From assembly GCA_951406725.2 (NCBI GenBank), contig OX597814.1, positions 204,538,001 to 204,602,000 on the forward strand: a stretch of 64,000 bases of DNA. The letters run 5' to 3'. This document shows, in pieces, positions 36,424-50,146 of the stretch (positions are counted from its first letter, which is position 1; each line of letters begins with the position of its first letter). The notes under the pieces were generated by a model, which was not told the origin of the DNA, did not search any database, and was given only the letters and a program-made list of their open reading frames with translations. Both the position numbers and the translations under genes were made by a program. Origin of the DNA: Octopus vulgaris. Its lineage: Eukaryota.

Positions 36424-37105
36424 TCAAGGGCTGTGATCCCACTTTAGTTGCCAGGTCTTCTCGATTACAGCATATATCCAAAGGTCTTGATCTCCTGTCA
36501 TTGCCTCTGTGAGGCCCAATGTTCGATGGTCATGCTTCACCACCTTACCCCATGTCTTCCTGGGTCTTCCTCTTCCACAGGTTCCTTCCACAGTTAGGGT
36601 GTGGCACTTCCTCACACAGCTGTCCTCATCCATACGTAACCCATGGCCATACCAACACAATCATCTCTCTTGCACACCACATTTGATGCTTCTTATGTCC
36701 AGGGTGCTTACACTCTGTCATGTATGCACACTGACATTACACATCCAGCGGATCATACTAACTTCATTTCTTTCAAGCCTATGCATGTCCTCAGCAGTCA
36801 TGGGCCATGTTTCACTGCCATGTAGCATGGCAGTTTGCACACATGCATCATGCAGTCTACCTTTTATCATGAGCAAGAGGCCCTTAGTTGCCAGCAGAAG
36901 TAGGAGCTCCCTGAACTTTGCCCAGGCTATTCTCATTCTGGCCGCTACACTCTCAGGGTAACCACCCCCACTACAGACTTGGTCACCTAGGTAGCGGAAG
37001 CTATCAACTACTTCTAGTTTTTCCCCATTGCATGTAATAGAATCTTCAGTGTTTATTGCCCCTGTGCATCTGCCATACACAAAAACTGTCTTCCCAGTTA
37101 ACCTT
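36424..37105 (-). mobile_element. RTE-clade LINE, RT C-terminal fragment (frameshifted)
   Basis: LEVVDSFRYLGD, RIAWAKFREL, LHGSETW, WYGH.LRM and GRGRPRKTW are RTE ORF C-terminal motifs. Confidence 0.9.
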
Positions 37106-37961
37106 CTATAATAATAATGAAATCTGCCTTAATACATAATCACTGACCATATCTACATGCTTAGTTTGTCTACAGAATCTATAGTTGTAATACACTCTAT
37201 AACAGATTGCCTCATTATTTTCATCATTGTTGTTGTCACCATCATCATAATCGCCAACATTGTTGTTGTCGTTGTCCTCCCCCATCTTCACCCCCCTATC
37301 ATCATCAACATCATCATCTTTTAACGTCCATCTTACATGCTGACATGGGATGAAGTGAGAAGATCTGATAAAATCATCTTGGGCAAGCCCCTAGGTTGAT
37401 TCTCTTGAGTGGATTTGGCTGACAGAAACTGAAAGGAGTCTGTCGTGTATACATGTTCGTGCATGTATATTTGTGTGTGTGTGTGCACACATGCATGTGT
37501 GTTTCTTTGTCTTGACATCGTATGATATTGTAAACGAGAGTCACAATCATATATGCAGTGTCATTCTTGCTGGTCTTCTGTGAATTTGTATTCTGGTCAT
37601 AGAGAAATGATACCTTGCTTGGAAAAAGATAAGGGTTGGCAACAAGAAGGGCATCAGGCCGTAGAGAGATTTGCTTCCACTGATTCCATCTAACTCATGC
37701 AAGCATGGAAAGTGGACGTTAAAACGAAGATGGCGATAAAGACGATAATGGTAATAATGATGATGATGATGACAATGATAATGACGAAAATGATGATGGC
37801 GATGATGATGATGATAGTGATGAATTTGCTGCAATTAGCTGGCAATTAAACCTTGTTTTCTAAAAAAATCATTCTTCACGCTTCCTTTAGCTTCTTAAAT
37901 ATTCACATTACCATTAAGACATGATTCTTGTTCAGGTAACAATTTTTTTATTTCCTCATAG

Positions 37962-38126
37962 CAAATTGCAGACATGAATGACGAAGATGAAATTGGTAAG
38001 AACCGGTTAAATAATTTCCTAATGATGCTGCAAAAAGTCTACAAAGGTGAATTAACGAAACACGGGAATTATACAGTTTTTGTGCCATTAGATCGTGGCT
38101 TTAGTAACTTGCTTCAGGACACTACT
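37962..38126 (+). CDS. Stabilin-like exon 8, first FAS1 domain start (QIADMND...HGNYTVFVPLDRGFSNLLQDTT)
   Basis: ctcatag| acceptor, |gtaagt donor. FAS1 H1 motif YTVFVP. 165 nt, phase 0 to 0. Confidence 0.92.
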
Positions 38127-39945
38127 GTAAGTAAGCGTTCAGATATTATTGCTTAGAATCATATTTCTCTCTTCTCTCCTCTCTCCACTCCCTTGTGTGT
38201 GTATGTGTGTGTGTATAGATGTATGTTTTCGCGGTGAGCTGGCAGAAACGTTAGCATGCCAGGCAAAATGCTTAGTGATATTTCGTCTGCTGCTACGTTT
38301 TGAGTTCAAATTCCGCCGAGGTCGACTTTGCCTGTCATCCTTTCGGGGTTGATAAATTAAGTACCAGTTACGCACTGGGGTCTATGTAATCGACTTAATC
38401 CCTTTGTCTGTCCTTGTTTGTTCCCTCTATGTTTAGTCCCTTGTGGGCAATAAAGAAATAAGAGGTATGTTTTCGCTCTATTTGTATATAAGTCACAGAC
38501 CAGAGATTCAATTCATTTCAGTTTTATCTGAGTGCATGGTATTAATAATCCAAAATAATGATGAAATATTGTTATCTACCATACTCGGTTTCAATCCGAG
38601 GTGAGTTGTTTCACCTGGTGCATGGTATTCAGGTGTCCTTTAATACCCAGCCTTGTGTAGGGAGCTATATCGGATATTATCCTGCAGCAAATTTGGTGTA
38701 TAAACAAAACACAAAACTTTGTTTATTATGGTATTATCAAAATTTGCTTATTATAATTATTTGGAATCTTTCCTGCTTGGCTGCACCTGTGGAAATTTTA
38801 ATGTTTAGTGAAAATTTTAAAATTTGATGTATTGGTGTAATTTTCCATGCTGAATCTCAGGAGATACTTCACAGTTCCAGAGGTTTAAATTCTGATGATT
38901 TTTACCTGGTCAGAAAACTGGATTTGGAAGCTGTAATTTTATGCATGACAGCAAGTGTTGTCAACTGTAAACAGATGAAATATTGGCAGAATTCTACTTT
39001 ATGCATGTCTCATATAACCCATCATAACTTTTTTTTCCTAATTTTCAGAAATTTTTTGTGAATTTAAATTCTACACAGGGAAATTCATATAATTATGCAA
39101 ATTCATAATTCATATAATTATGCAAAAAAAAAAAAAAAGTTTGCATGTGTGATTTAAGGTCAATTTAGCTGTTATATCTCATACCACATGTGTTTTAAGT
39201 ATGTCATGCTGCATGTGTTTTAAGCATTTAATAAGCGCCAAAAAGAACACATGGTAAATAGCTTGGTAACAGCTTGGTTTGTTACCAAAGAAACAGGTAC
39301 CTATATATCTGTGACTTTTGACTGGCTAAGATTACTCACAATTTGCAAATTTTAAAAAGCTGTTAACTCTTTATTTATTGATTTATAGTGAAAATGAATA
39401 TCATGTCAATGATCACTTTACAAAACTACACCAATATACCAAATATGAAATCAAATGGAACAAAAATTGAAGAAACTGAAAAGTGCCAACCAAACAGAAA
39501 AGATCTGTTATTTGTTTATCACACTATTATTCTCATTAAATTCCAGTCTAACATATGTTTCTGCTGGAATTTAATGAGAGTAATGCTATAAAAAACAAAT
39601 TTTGAAGATGTATAATTCTCCATTCTTGTTTGTGATGTCTTGATTATATACACTGTATACTGTGTGAAATCCAATGAAGTGAATTTGGGAGTTACTTATT
39701 GAGTGAAGCACCATTTAATTGTCTATCATTAGCAATTCTGTACATTTCCTATCATTCGATGTGGTTAGCGAGATCTTGATTATATCATAATGTTAATAAG
39801 TGACCCACTCAGATTCCAAATCAATTTTCACTTCGAATTTTGTGTAAACTGGCCTTGCAAACAGAGTTGGTACAGAAACAATTGTAAATGATCATTAAAG
39901 ACGTGTTAAAGTATTTCTTTGTCTTATTATTTGGATTACACACAC

Positions 39946-39982
<37 letters not shown>

Positions 39983-39987
39983 TGTGT

Positions 39988-40062
<75 letters not shown>

Positions 40063-40200
40063 GAGAATGATAAGTTATTAACTGTTTCATAAAGTGATCA
40101 ATGAGATGAAAAGTTTACTGATTCATGGGTCAAAATCATATTTGAAAAAAAAAATGATTATTAAATATTAAGATATTCACTTTAGGATGATTTAAATTCA

Positions 40201-40483
40201 GAGTAAAAATTATTTGCCAACATAACATGGCAGTCCTGGTTTAGGACGAATGTTGCTGTAATTTAGTCCCAGGAGACATTGTCTCCAGCTGGCTATACAA
40301 CATGATGTGTGTCTTTATATTTTTCAAACAAGGGAATCTAGCAACCCCACTCATTGTTCGAAAATATAAGGACACAGATCATGTTGCATAGCCAGCTGGA
40401 GACAATGTCTCTTGGGGCTAAATTACAGCAACATTCGTCCTAAACCAGGACTGCCATGTTATGTTGGCAAATAATCTTTACTC
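40201..40483. repeat. Foldback (~130 bp arms), same family as 24927-25140
   Basis: GAGTAAAAATTATTTGCCAACATAACATGGCAGTCCTGG... / ...CCAGGACTGCCATGTTATGTTGGCAAATAATCTTTACTC. Confidence 0.9.
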
Positions 40484-40551
40484 CAAAGTACTGTTGCTGA
40501 ATATCTCTTGTTGTGAGATTTACAAATCGTAATTTTCTGATTTAATTTCAG

Positions 40552-40692
40552 TTTGGAAAGTTTCTGGAAAATTCAGACCATGTAAGACAAATTCTACGCC
40601 AGCACATTTTTCCTGTAAGAGTGTATATAGATGATCTCACAGACAACACGTTCTATACATTACAAGGAAACTTTGCCCGTTTCTTTTACAAG
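40552..40692 (+). CDS. Stabilin-like exon 9, FAS1 (FGKFLENSDHVRQILRQHIFPVRVYIDDLTDNTFYTLQGNFARFFYK)
   Basis: tttcag| acceptor, AAG|gtaaaa donor. ILRQHI and YTLQG FAS1 motifs. Phase 0 to 0. Confidence 0.9.
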
Positions 40693-40946
40693 GTAAAACA
40701 AAAATTTAGTTTTCAATCTCTGATCAGAATATCAAAAGTAACACATCTTGAAATGTGTCGTATTTGAACACAAAGGTTATAAATCCAGATACACTTAGTA
40801 TGTGGAAGTTGTGAGGTTCACGCATTTTTGAAGAGGAGTAAATTGTCATTCTATACAAATGTAATGAGTGTTTCACTGGCATAAAATTACTTTTCTTCTG
40901 CAAAAGTTCTGTGCTATTTTGATGATTCTGGAGCAAGATTTTCTTC

Positions 40947-41564
40947 TTAACCCTATTGATACCAACCCAGCTGAAACTACCCCTGGCTCTGTAGTACAAA
41001 TGTTTGTTTTCATAAGTTTTGAATCAAAATCTTCCACCAAACTTGAGTCGCAATTTACATTCCTAACATTAGCTTAATGATAACTAAGTTATTTTACTAA
41101 ACTCTTTGTTATATTTAAAATTAATTGAAAGAAACACAGAACATCTCAACAGAAATATGGTAACAAAAGGGTTACCAAATGATTAATTTAACCATTTTGA
41201 TTACCAGCCCTGCTGAAACTGCCTCTGTTTTGTAAGTTATTTTACTAAATTCTTTGTTATATTTAAAATTAATTGAAAGAAACACAGAACATCTCAACAG
41301 AAATATGGTAACAAAAGGGTTACCAAATGATTAACTTAACCCTTTTTATACCAACTTGGTTCAAACTGCTCTGGCTCTGTAGTACAAATGTCTTGTTTTC
41401 AAAAGTTTTGAATTGAAATCTTCCACCAAACCTTAGTCACAATTCATGATCCTAACACTAACTTAATGATAACTAAGTTGTTTTACTAAATTCTTTGTTA
41501 TATTTAAAATTAATTGAAAGAAACACAAAATATTTCAACAGAAATATGGTGACAAAAGGGTCAA
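40947..41564 (+). mobile_element. Three tandem piggyBac-type MITE units (middle unit internally deleted)
   Basis: TTAA|CCCT...AGGG ends. Units at 40951-41171, 41192-41319 and 41340-41560. Confidence 0.8.
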
Positions 41565-43158
41565 AGCTTATATAATAGTATATGTATATGCATATATATA
41601 TATGGATGTGAGTGTTTGTATTTGTGTCTTTTTGCCTTGATGTCATCATCATTGTCATCATCATCATCATCGTTTGACATCTTCTTTCCATGCTGGCATG
41701 GGTTGGACAGTTTGACTGAGGACTGGCAAGCCAGAAAGCTGCACCTGTCCTGTCATACAAGCAGTGTCATTCATTTCCAATATTGTGCGAGAGCATGTCT
41801 GGCCATGGGATAATATTACTCTGCTTGAAAACAAGTGAGGGTTGGTGACAGGAAGAACATCTGGTAGTTGAAAATATACCTCGATAAACTCCATCCAATC
41901 CATGCAAGCATGGAAAAGAGGATGTTAAAAAGAGGATGATGATGGTGATAATGATGATGGTGATGATGATGATAGGATCACCTGATAATGTTGGGAGGAA
42001 GAGAGGAAGTTATTTTCAGGCTGAAGATGTATTGCAAATGCTTGCTACAGAGTAGACCCTGTTAAATATACTAAAGGTAGTGGTGGTATTAAATTGGGTG
42101 ATAAATTCAGTTAACCACCCCAAAACAGAATTGGTCTTTCTATACAGTTCTGTTTCCCAAATTTCACTCATAAGATTTGGGTCACCCTGACATTGCAGTA
42201 GAAGATCTTGGCCCAAAATAATATGCCAAATGATAGAACTCAAACCATGACATTTGGAAACAAACTTCATGACTACATAGTCATGCTGACACCCAAGTTA
42301 TAAACTCCAGAATATGAATGCATGTTTCATCACTATCATCATCGTTTAACGTCCGTTTTTCATGCTGGCATGGGTTGGACGGTTCGACTGGGGTCTGGGA
42401 AGCCAGGAGGCTGCACTAGGCCCCAATCTGATCTGGCAGTGCTTCTACAGCTGGTTGCCCTTCCTAATGCCAACCACTCCGAGAGTGTAGTGGGTACTTT
42501 TTATGTACCACTGGCACAGGGGCCAGAGGAGCTGGCGTCGACCACATTCGGATGGTGCTTTTTAAGCACCACCTGCATGGAAGCCAGTCAAAGCGGCACT
42601 GGCATTGGCCACGTTTGAATGGTACTTTTTACGTGCTACTAGCATGGGGCTCACAACTACAATTTCCATTTGATTTGATTTTGATATTGATATTGATGTA
42701 CTTGACTCAATAGGTCTCCTCAAGCACAGCCTGTCGCCCTACAATCCAAGGTACTTTTGAGTTGGCTAGTTATGCTACACTGGTGTAGGTTACAGCTGTG
42801 AACTCACTTTATTTGCTGGGTCTTCTCAGTCACAGCATACCTCCAGAGGTCTCAGTTTTTTGTCATTGCCTCTGTGAGGCTCAATGTTCAAAGGTCATGC
42901 TTCACCACCTCATCCCATGCCTTCCTGGGCCTGTTATTATTTGTATATTTAGAACAAGAGCTCCAAAGTTTGCCATGATTTTAGTAAGAAATATACCCAG
43001 AAATATATAGAAGTATTTGAAAATATGTTTCAAATAGTATGATAAAAGTTGCATTTGTATATCATGTGCTGAAATAAATATTTAAATCTAAGAGAATATA
43101 AAGCTGTGTATCTTTTTGATGAATTTACTGATTTTAGAATCTCTACTTCTCATTCTAG

Positions 43159-43305
43159 GGTAAAAAACTAATTTTAAAATTCCAAGGTTCAAGCAGGCGA
43201 AGTCGTGTGCTTAGTATTTATCGTGATATTAGAGCCTCAAATGGACTGATCCATATCGTCAACAACCTTATGATGAATGAACCAGAAATACCAGGAAACC
43301 TCAAT
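43159..43305 (+). CDS. Stabilin-like exon 10, FAS1 H2 (GKKLILKFQG...DIRASNGLIHIVNNLMMNEPEIPGNLN)
   Basis: ttctag| acceptor, |gtaagt donor. FAS1 H2 motif DI.ASNGLIHIV. Phase 0 to 0. Confidence 0.92.
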
Positions 43306-44084
43306 GTAAGTTGAATTTATATCTATTTTAATCATCCTTAAATGCATGATTACCTTTGATGTAGCTTCAATAATTACTCTGTGCTGCTGCCACGTAAAAA
43401 GCATCCCTGCTGGTGCCACACAAATAGCACCTGTGCTGGTGCCATATCAGAAGTACCTAGTACACTCTGTAAAGGAGTTGGCATTAGGAAAGGCAACCAG
43501 CTATAGAATCCTTGCCAAAACAGACAATTGGATCATGGTACAGCTCTCTAACCTGCCAGCTCCTGTCAGCTCGTCCTACCCATGCCAGCATGGAAAACGG
43601 AGGCTATAGGCTGATAATGATGAATCAGTAATACTGGCAAGGAAAAACACATGAGCCAGTGTGGGAGTAGCTATGAAATAGTTGCCAAGTCTCCCTCAAA
43701 TCACACAGCACCCACTAAAATTTGAGGCAGATACTTAATGAAATAAGTTGATGTAGGAATGGAATTCCCTGTGTGATATGTCAGCCATGGCTTATTATGT
43801 TATTAAAACGAAGTTGATTACGATGGACCAAAAGAGAAGAAATTTGAAAATATAGCACAGAACAATAGCAGTTGTGTCAAAAAATTCATAGTCACAAAAA
43901 TGTGGTAGAGTTCATATTAACAGAAAAGCTCACAAGGAAATAAATACAGAATTAACAGTGACCATTGAAATTCCAGGATTATTTTGAAAATTTTAAGATG
44001 GAACTTTACATTTTTCTGCAGCATTTGATTCATGAAATGGTGTAAAAATCCTCTTAGGTAGCATTTTTTTCAATTGCATGAACT

Positions 44085-44835
44085 AAAATTTGGAGGAGGA
44101 TGGAATTAACTACCTGCATCAACTTGCTATAAAAGCAGGTAGTAAGTTTACTTTATCCTTATTCTTAGTGAAAGTTTTGAAGAGTGCAGTTCAATTTTAA
44201 CAGTTATTTTTTTAAAGCTATAATGGGAGTGACAATGGAGCATATTCGGCATATTTTGCTTTATGAGTTCAATAAAGGCAACAACGCAATGGAAAGTGTG
44301 AGGAATATTAATGCAGTATATGGAGATCGGACAATAAATGTAAGCCAGTCTCAATGGTGGTTCCAGAAATTCTGAGTCAGAAACTATAGCCTCAAAGACA
44401 AGCCTCATCCTGGAAAATCTTTAGAGCTCGGCGAGGACATCCTGCAAACCCTGGTGGAACAAAATCCCATCATAGCTGTTGAGGAATTAACAAAGAAGCT
44501 TGGATTTGGTCATTCAACCATTCATTGGTACCTGTATACCATCGGAAAAGTCAGCAAATTGGGTCAATAGGTTCCTTACAAACTTTCTGAGTCTAATCAC
44601 ATGCAGAGAGTGAATGTGTGCTCTTCTTTGCTGTCACATCTCATGAATGAACCTTTTTTTGGACCAAATAGTGACTGGTGATGAGAAATGGATTCTCTAT
44701 AAAAATGTCAAGCACTGAAGACAGTGGACAGGGAAGGGAGAAACCCTAGCACCCCAGGCTAAAAATAGGTCTTCACCCACGTAAGGTGTTGTTACCTGTT
44801 TGGTGGGATATGAAAGGCGTAGTCCACTTTGAAGG
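44085..44835 (+). mobile_element. Degenerate mariner transposase, N-terminal half
   Basis: EHIRHILLYEFNKG...INAVYG...WFQKF, a WVPHEL-like remnant, and IVTGDEKWILY (first catalytic D). Stops and frameshifts present. Confidence 0.88.
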
Positions 44836-45115
44836 TAAGGTACAAGAAGCCAGTCTGGTTGGTTTGAACATAAAACAGGTGGAATATGTTAACCAGATAT
44901 GACCAGTTTAAAATGCTGAAGAGTTAATCACATTATCTACTTACAGCGGTTCTTATTTTCCAGTCTTGGAAGACTTAAGTTAACAAGAACACTGTCCGTT
45001 TCAAAATTGCAAAAATCTTCAAACTTTACATGAATGCCAGGACTTTTGATGATGATTGCTTTTATCTAACCAACATATGTTTTCTGAATAAAACAATCAT
45101 TTTTTTATATTGTAG

Positions 45116-45178
45116 CAAGATTTCGTGACTTTCATCATGGGGCATCCTGACTTCCAAGAATTTGGATCCTGGATTACG
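45116..45178 (+). CDS. Stabilin-like exon 11 (QDFVTFIMGHPDFQEFGSWIT), second FAS1 start
   Basis: ttgtag| acceptor, ACG|gtaagt donor. 63 nt open, with a P.F..F..WI helix typical of FAS1 N-termini. Confidence 0.85.
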
Positions 45179-46989
45179 GTAAGTTCAATCTATTCTAAGG
45201 GAAAAGGTTTGGCTTATCTTTAATGGAAATGAACGGTTTTTTTTCAGGTTACACAGGGGAAAATATTTTGTACATGTTCACTTAGCATGCTAGAAATAGC
45301 TATCAAATATCTCTTAAATAATTCACAATCACCTTCAAAAGGAAGGACACATTAGATAATATTACTATGCATACATTTTATCTGGAAAACAAAACATGGG
45401 GTGGTTATAGTTGGAATAAACCACAACAAATACTTTGTGAATATCGTTTTATTGTTGCTGAGATTCTGATAGTTTGTAATTCTTAAATCAAAACGTCTGG
45501 AAGTCTCTTAATAACATTTTCTCCTGGCCCAACATTTAATAATTCCAACTAAATATTAAAATATTTTTTAGAAGAATTAGAATTTTTATGAATTCTAGAA
45601 CCTTTTTGAAAGGTTAAAATTGATTTATCTGTTATCTTATATTTCTTTCAGTCGCTAGGCTGTGGCCATGCTGGGGCATCCCCTTGAAGAATTTTAGTCG
45701 AATGAGCAGACATCAGTATTTATGTCTTTTTAAGTCTGGTACTCATTCTATCGGCTGTTTTGCCAAACTGCTATGTCAGGGGGAAGCAAACACACCAACA
45801 TCGGTTGTCAAATGTTGGTGGTGGACAATACAGACATAAGGACACACAAACACACACACACACTCACACAAAGGGCTTCTTTCAGTTTCCATCTAGCAAA
45901 TCAGAAGACTTTGGTCAGCTTAAGACTATTGTGGAAGATAACTGCCAAAGGTGCCACACAGTGGGACTGAATCCAATTTAATTTTGTTTTGAATTTCGAT
46001 GGTGAGGAAGTGAGAAAGAGAATGAAAGAGAGAGACTTCAGCCATACTGTATATGATGGCTAACTTGGATGCGGTCACTATTGCAGTTTCCAATCTTGCT
46101 TCCTTTCCTTCCTCTCTCTGTCTCTCCTTCATTCTATGCACCCCCACCTCTTCCATACAGACTCACTTCTCCACCTGTCTTTGTATTGTTCTTATTAGTA
46201 GCAAAATGGCTATAAATCAAATTATGAAGACTTTTTAAGTATGATGCAATCATGATAGTAACACCTTTCAGTTGCTTCTTTTTAAATATAAGTCCTTTTA
46301 TTGAATAAATGCAAGCTAACAAATGATAGAAATATACTTCTGAAAGAATCTGTAGGTAATTAGAAGATGATTAGTGAAATTAAAGGTGGCTGTCTATCCA
46401 GAATTATGTTGCTACCTTTTAACCCCATTTTGTTTGTGGGTTAAAGCAATATAAATGACACAACTGGTGGTTTGTAATGGGACAGAAATATTACAGATCT
46501 TAATTTACAAGGCAAAGTTTACATTAACGTGTTTGTGAGATTGTACATAGATGTTTTCGTGTTTTACAATCAATTGAATAATGTAAAATAGGAAGTGTCA
46601 AATCCACTGAGAAGGATTTGGACTGGTCTGCGGATTTAGTAGAAGACACTTGCTCAAGGTATCACATCATGGAACTGAACTGCAAATCACATGATTGGAA
46701 AGGAAACTTTATAGCCACACAACCATATCTGCACCTATTCTTAGTCACACACTCAGGTCTACACCTACCACAACTAGAAGTATTCCTTTCTAATAAAAGC
46801 ATAAGAACCAAACTTTTGGGTTGGTTAGGGTTGATTACACTAATTCCGAAAGAAAAGGATAGGAAGCAAAATAGGCCTTTTGTAGATTTGAACTCTAAAT
46901 GTATTTCATGGAAGAATATGTATTTCAGTTGCCTCAAAGAACACTAAGCTGAGCTAGAAAAATAATAATTTACTTTTGTTAGGGGAATG

Positions 46990-47049
<60 letters not shown>

Positions 47050-47272
47050 GAACACCCCCTCCCACATGAGAAGTGGTATGTGCTAGTCATTACAAATACT
47101 CTGATGTAGGAAGTTGAGTCGTTGAGAAGTTGAAGTCGGTCATAAATAGTCATGTCTTTATTTGTCTAACTATACTGCTACACTGGAGCAGACGTTATAA
47201 CAGTCCAACGTTGGATTACAACAAGGTTTTAAAAAATGAGTTGTGCAATTTACTTGAAGCAATGTAGTACAA

Positions 47273-47374
47273 AAGTAGAATAATGAATGAAATGAAGAAT
47301 AAGGAAATCTTCTGACAAACTTTCTGCATTGTTGGAAGCTTTTCTTATTTCACATTTCATTTATTATTCTACTT
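47273..47374. repeat. Imperfect hairpin ending ~38 nt upstream of the exon 12 acceptor
   Basis: AAGTAGAATAATGAATGAAATG... / ...CATTTCATTTATTATTCTACTT. Confidence 0.7.
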
Positions 47375-47412
47375 CAATAAGTTTTTAATATTTTCTGTTT
47401 TATTCATTACAG

Positions 47413-47526
47413 CGCACTGGATTGGAGAAACAGTTTCGACGACAAAATATCACAGTTTTTCTTCCAAGTAAAACCTCTTTGGATAAAATACCAAAAAATG
47501 TGATGGATTATTTGAAGTCTAAAAAT
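47413..47526 (+). CDS. Stabilin-like exon 12 (RTGLEKQFRRQNITVFLPSKTSLDKIPKNVMDYLKSKN)
   Basis: ttacag| acceptor, |gtaaat donor. FAS1 H1 motif ITVFLPS. Phase 0 to 0. Confidence 0.9.
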
Positions 47527-47844
47527 GTAAATACATTCTATCATATTTTTATGTATCATTTATCTTTTGTTGTTTCAGTTATTGGACTGTGGCCATGCTG
47601 GGGCATCACCTTGAAAGATTTCAGTCATAAAAAGTACCCCCAGTACCTATTTTTTTAGTCTGGCACTTATTCTGTCTGTTTCTTTTGCTGAAATGTTAAG
47701 TTGAGTGGACACCAACAAACCAACACCAGTTGTCAAGTGGAAGGAGCCAAACACAAACACACACTCACACATGGACACACAGACACACACATATATATGA
47801 CAGGCTTCCACACAGCTTTTGTTTACCAAATATAACCAAAGGCT

Positions 47845-48398
47845 ACAGAAGAAGTCACTTGCCATAGATGTCTTTTGGGACCAGCATGGAGTAGTGATGA
47901 TGGATTTTCTGGCAATGGGTACCACAATTAATGGGGGTATATTATGCTTCTCTGCTACAGAAATTTCAGGATGCCATCAAAGCAAAGAAGCATGGCATGC
48001 TGACAAAGGAGTCCACCTCCTCCAAGATAACACCCCAGTTCACAATGCACATGATGCCCAGGTGAAAGCACACTCCTGTGCCTATGAAATCCTTCCTCAT
48101 CCCCCATACTCTCCCAACTTCACACCATCTGACTTCCACCTCTTTCCAACCATGAAGTCTTTTTTGAAGGGGAAGCACTTTCAGATGATTATGAACTATT
48201 TCTGAGGTAAAGTCTTGGCTCCAGACGCAACCTACCGACTTCTACAGATGAGGTCTTCACAGCTGCATAAAGCAATGAGAGAAGTGTGTTACCATTGGTG
48301 GTGGCTATGTAGAGAAGGACTAATAATTATACCAAGTCTTGTTTATCCCAGTCCTTGGGAAGGGGATCAGGGGAAATCTTTAATGACCACCCCTTGTA
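47845..48398 (+). mobile_element. Mariner transposase C-terminal fragment with right TIR
   Basis: VFWDQHGV, LLQDNTPVH and HPPYSPNFTPSDFHLF (YSPDLAPSD-like). Ends GACCACCCCTTG|TA. Confidence 0.88.
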
Positions 48399-49344
48399 AG
48401 TAGCAGCTGAACACTGGAGTTTACTGTAATCAACTTACCTTCCTCTATGAAATTGCCGGCCTTGTGCCAAAATTTGAAACTCTAATTTGCTCTATCATCA
48501 ACATTTCACTACATTTTTAGGTTCTTTACATTTGGCACAGTTTTGAATTCTTAAACTTTTATTGCAGCAATATAAAAATAACATTTCTTGTCAAACATTA
48601 CTTAATCCAACCTTAAATAACTTATTTGGCAGCAAAGAATAATGCCTTATTCAGTTTGTGGCCATTTCATGCTGCTGCTTGGCCAGACCATCATTAGTAT
48701 TCCCAGAGTCTTCAGCTTTACTTATTAATTACCATATTTAATTGTGTATAAGTTGCACAGTTTTATAGCTTTGATCTTTTTCTTGGTTCAGTCCTTAGAC
48801 TGCAGCCATGCTGGAGCCCTGCTCTGATTAATCGACCCCAGTACCCATTTTTTCCCTTTAAGCCTGGTACATATTCTATTGGTCTCTTTTGCCAAATTGC
48901 TAAGTTACGGGGATATAAACATACCAACACCAGTTACCAAGTGATGATGAGGGACAAACACATACACACATGCACACAGACACATGCGCACACACACACA
49001 CGCACACACACAGTCGCACACACACACATGCACGCACACACACAAACACACACACACACACACACAACAGGTTTCCTTCAGCTGCTGACTACCAAATCCA
49101 CTCTCAAGATTTTGGTCAGCCTGAGGCAAAAGTAGAAGACGTTTGCCCAAGGTGCCCTGCAACGGGAATGAACCTAGAACGATATGGTTGAGAAAACACA
49201 CAGCTGTCTTGTGCCTATACTGGATTTTAACTGAAAAAAATTTGGGTTGTGACTTATACATAGGGCAAAGCTAAAACTATGAACAGAAAAAAAAATTTTG
49301 TATCAGGATTTAACAGTTAATTAGGGTTGTGACTTATACACAAG

Positions 49345-49535
49345 TAAATAAGTAATTATTTACATTTAACGGATATTTGTCCTCATCTTGTTTGTTGTTA
49401 ACACAGTGTTTCGGTTGATATACCCTCCAGCCTTCATCAGGTTAACAACAAACAAGATGAGGACAAATGTCCCTCAAATGTAAATAATGTACATAATTCC
49501 TCATCCCTTAAATATAGAACTATAAATAAGTAATT
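49345..49535. mobile_element. Hammerhead-bearing foldback insertion (Penelope-like), 13 bp TSD
   Basis: TSD TAAATAAGTAATT at 49345-49357 and 49523-49535. Decayed minus-strand hammerhead at 49400-49442. Same family as 56451-56910. Confidence 0.75.
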
Positions 49536-49610
49536 GTTTCTAACATCGTTTTATTTATCAATTAATGCTGTTCATTTGTTTGCTAACACACAATATTTTC
49601 TCTGTTGCAG

Positions 49611-49661
49611 GGAATCGGGACATGGATTGGTCTTGTGAAAAACCATCTACTTCAAACAAAA
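49611..49661 (+). CDS. Stabilin-like exon 13 (GIGTWIGLVKNHLLQTK); 3' boundary uncertain
   Basis: Strong acceptor ttttctctgttgcag|. LVKNHLL fits the FAS1 L..H(I/L) motif. Donor AAA|gtacaa is weak but phase-compatible. Confidence 0.7.
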
Positions 49662-49746
49662 GTACAACAGAATGCCATATTTGTTATTTTAACTTTTTTT
49701 TATGTCTGATACTTTTTACTTGTTATTATTTCACAATTATAAATAA

Positions 49747-50146
49747 CTAGCAGTATCGCCCGGCGTTGCTCGGGTTTGTAAGGGAAATAACTATATAAGC
49801 ATTTTTAGAGAGTTATAGCCAAAAAATAGCAAAAAAAGGCATTAAAAATTGGAAAAAAATGATGGTAAATTTTTTTTAAATCGTTGACTCATCGTAGACA
49901 TTTTTAGAGAGTTACTTCCCTTATATAATAGCGAAAAAATGCATTAAAATGGAAAAAAATGGTGGTAAATTTTTTTTTAAATCGTAGACTCACCGTAGAC
50001 GCATGCTAATACCCAGAAGGGCTCGATATGAATCACAACTGTAAGATACCCGGTTTTGGTTAAACTGCACCGCAAAATGTGGGAGTAGTTAGGAATCTAA
50101 ATCGTAGGAGACAGACAGCACACAACCTCTCTTTTATATATAAAGA
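49747..50146 (-). mobile_element. Non-autonomous Helitron with an internal ~110 bp duplication
   Basis: Minus strand A|TCTTTATATATAAAAG...CCCGAGCAACGCCGGG...CTAG|T. The 3' terminus is shared with 12450-12836. Confidence 0.8.
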
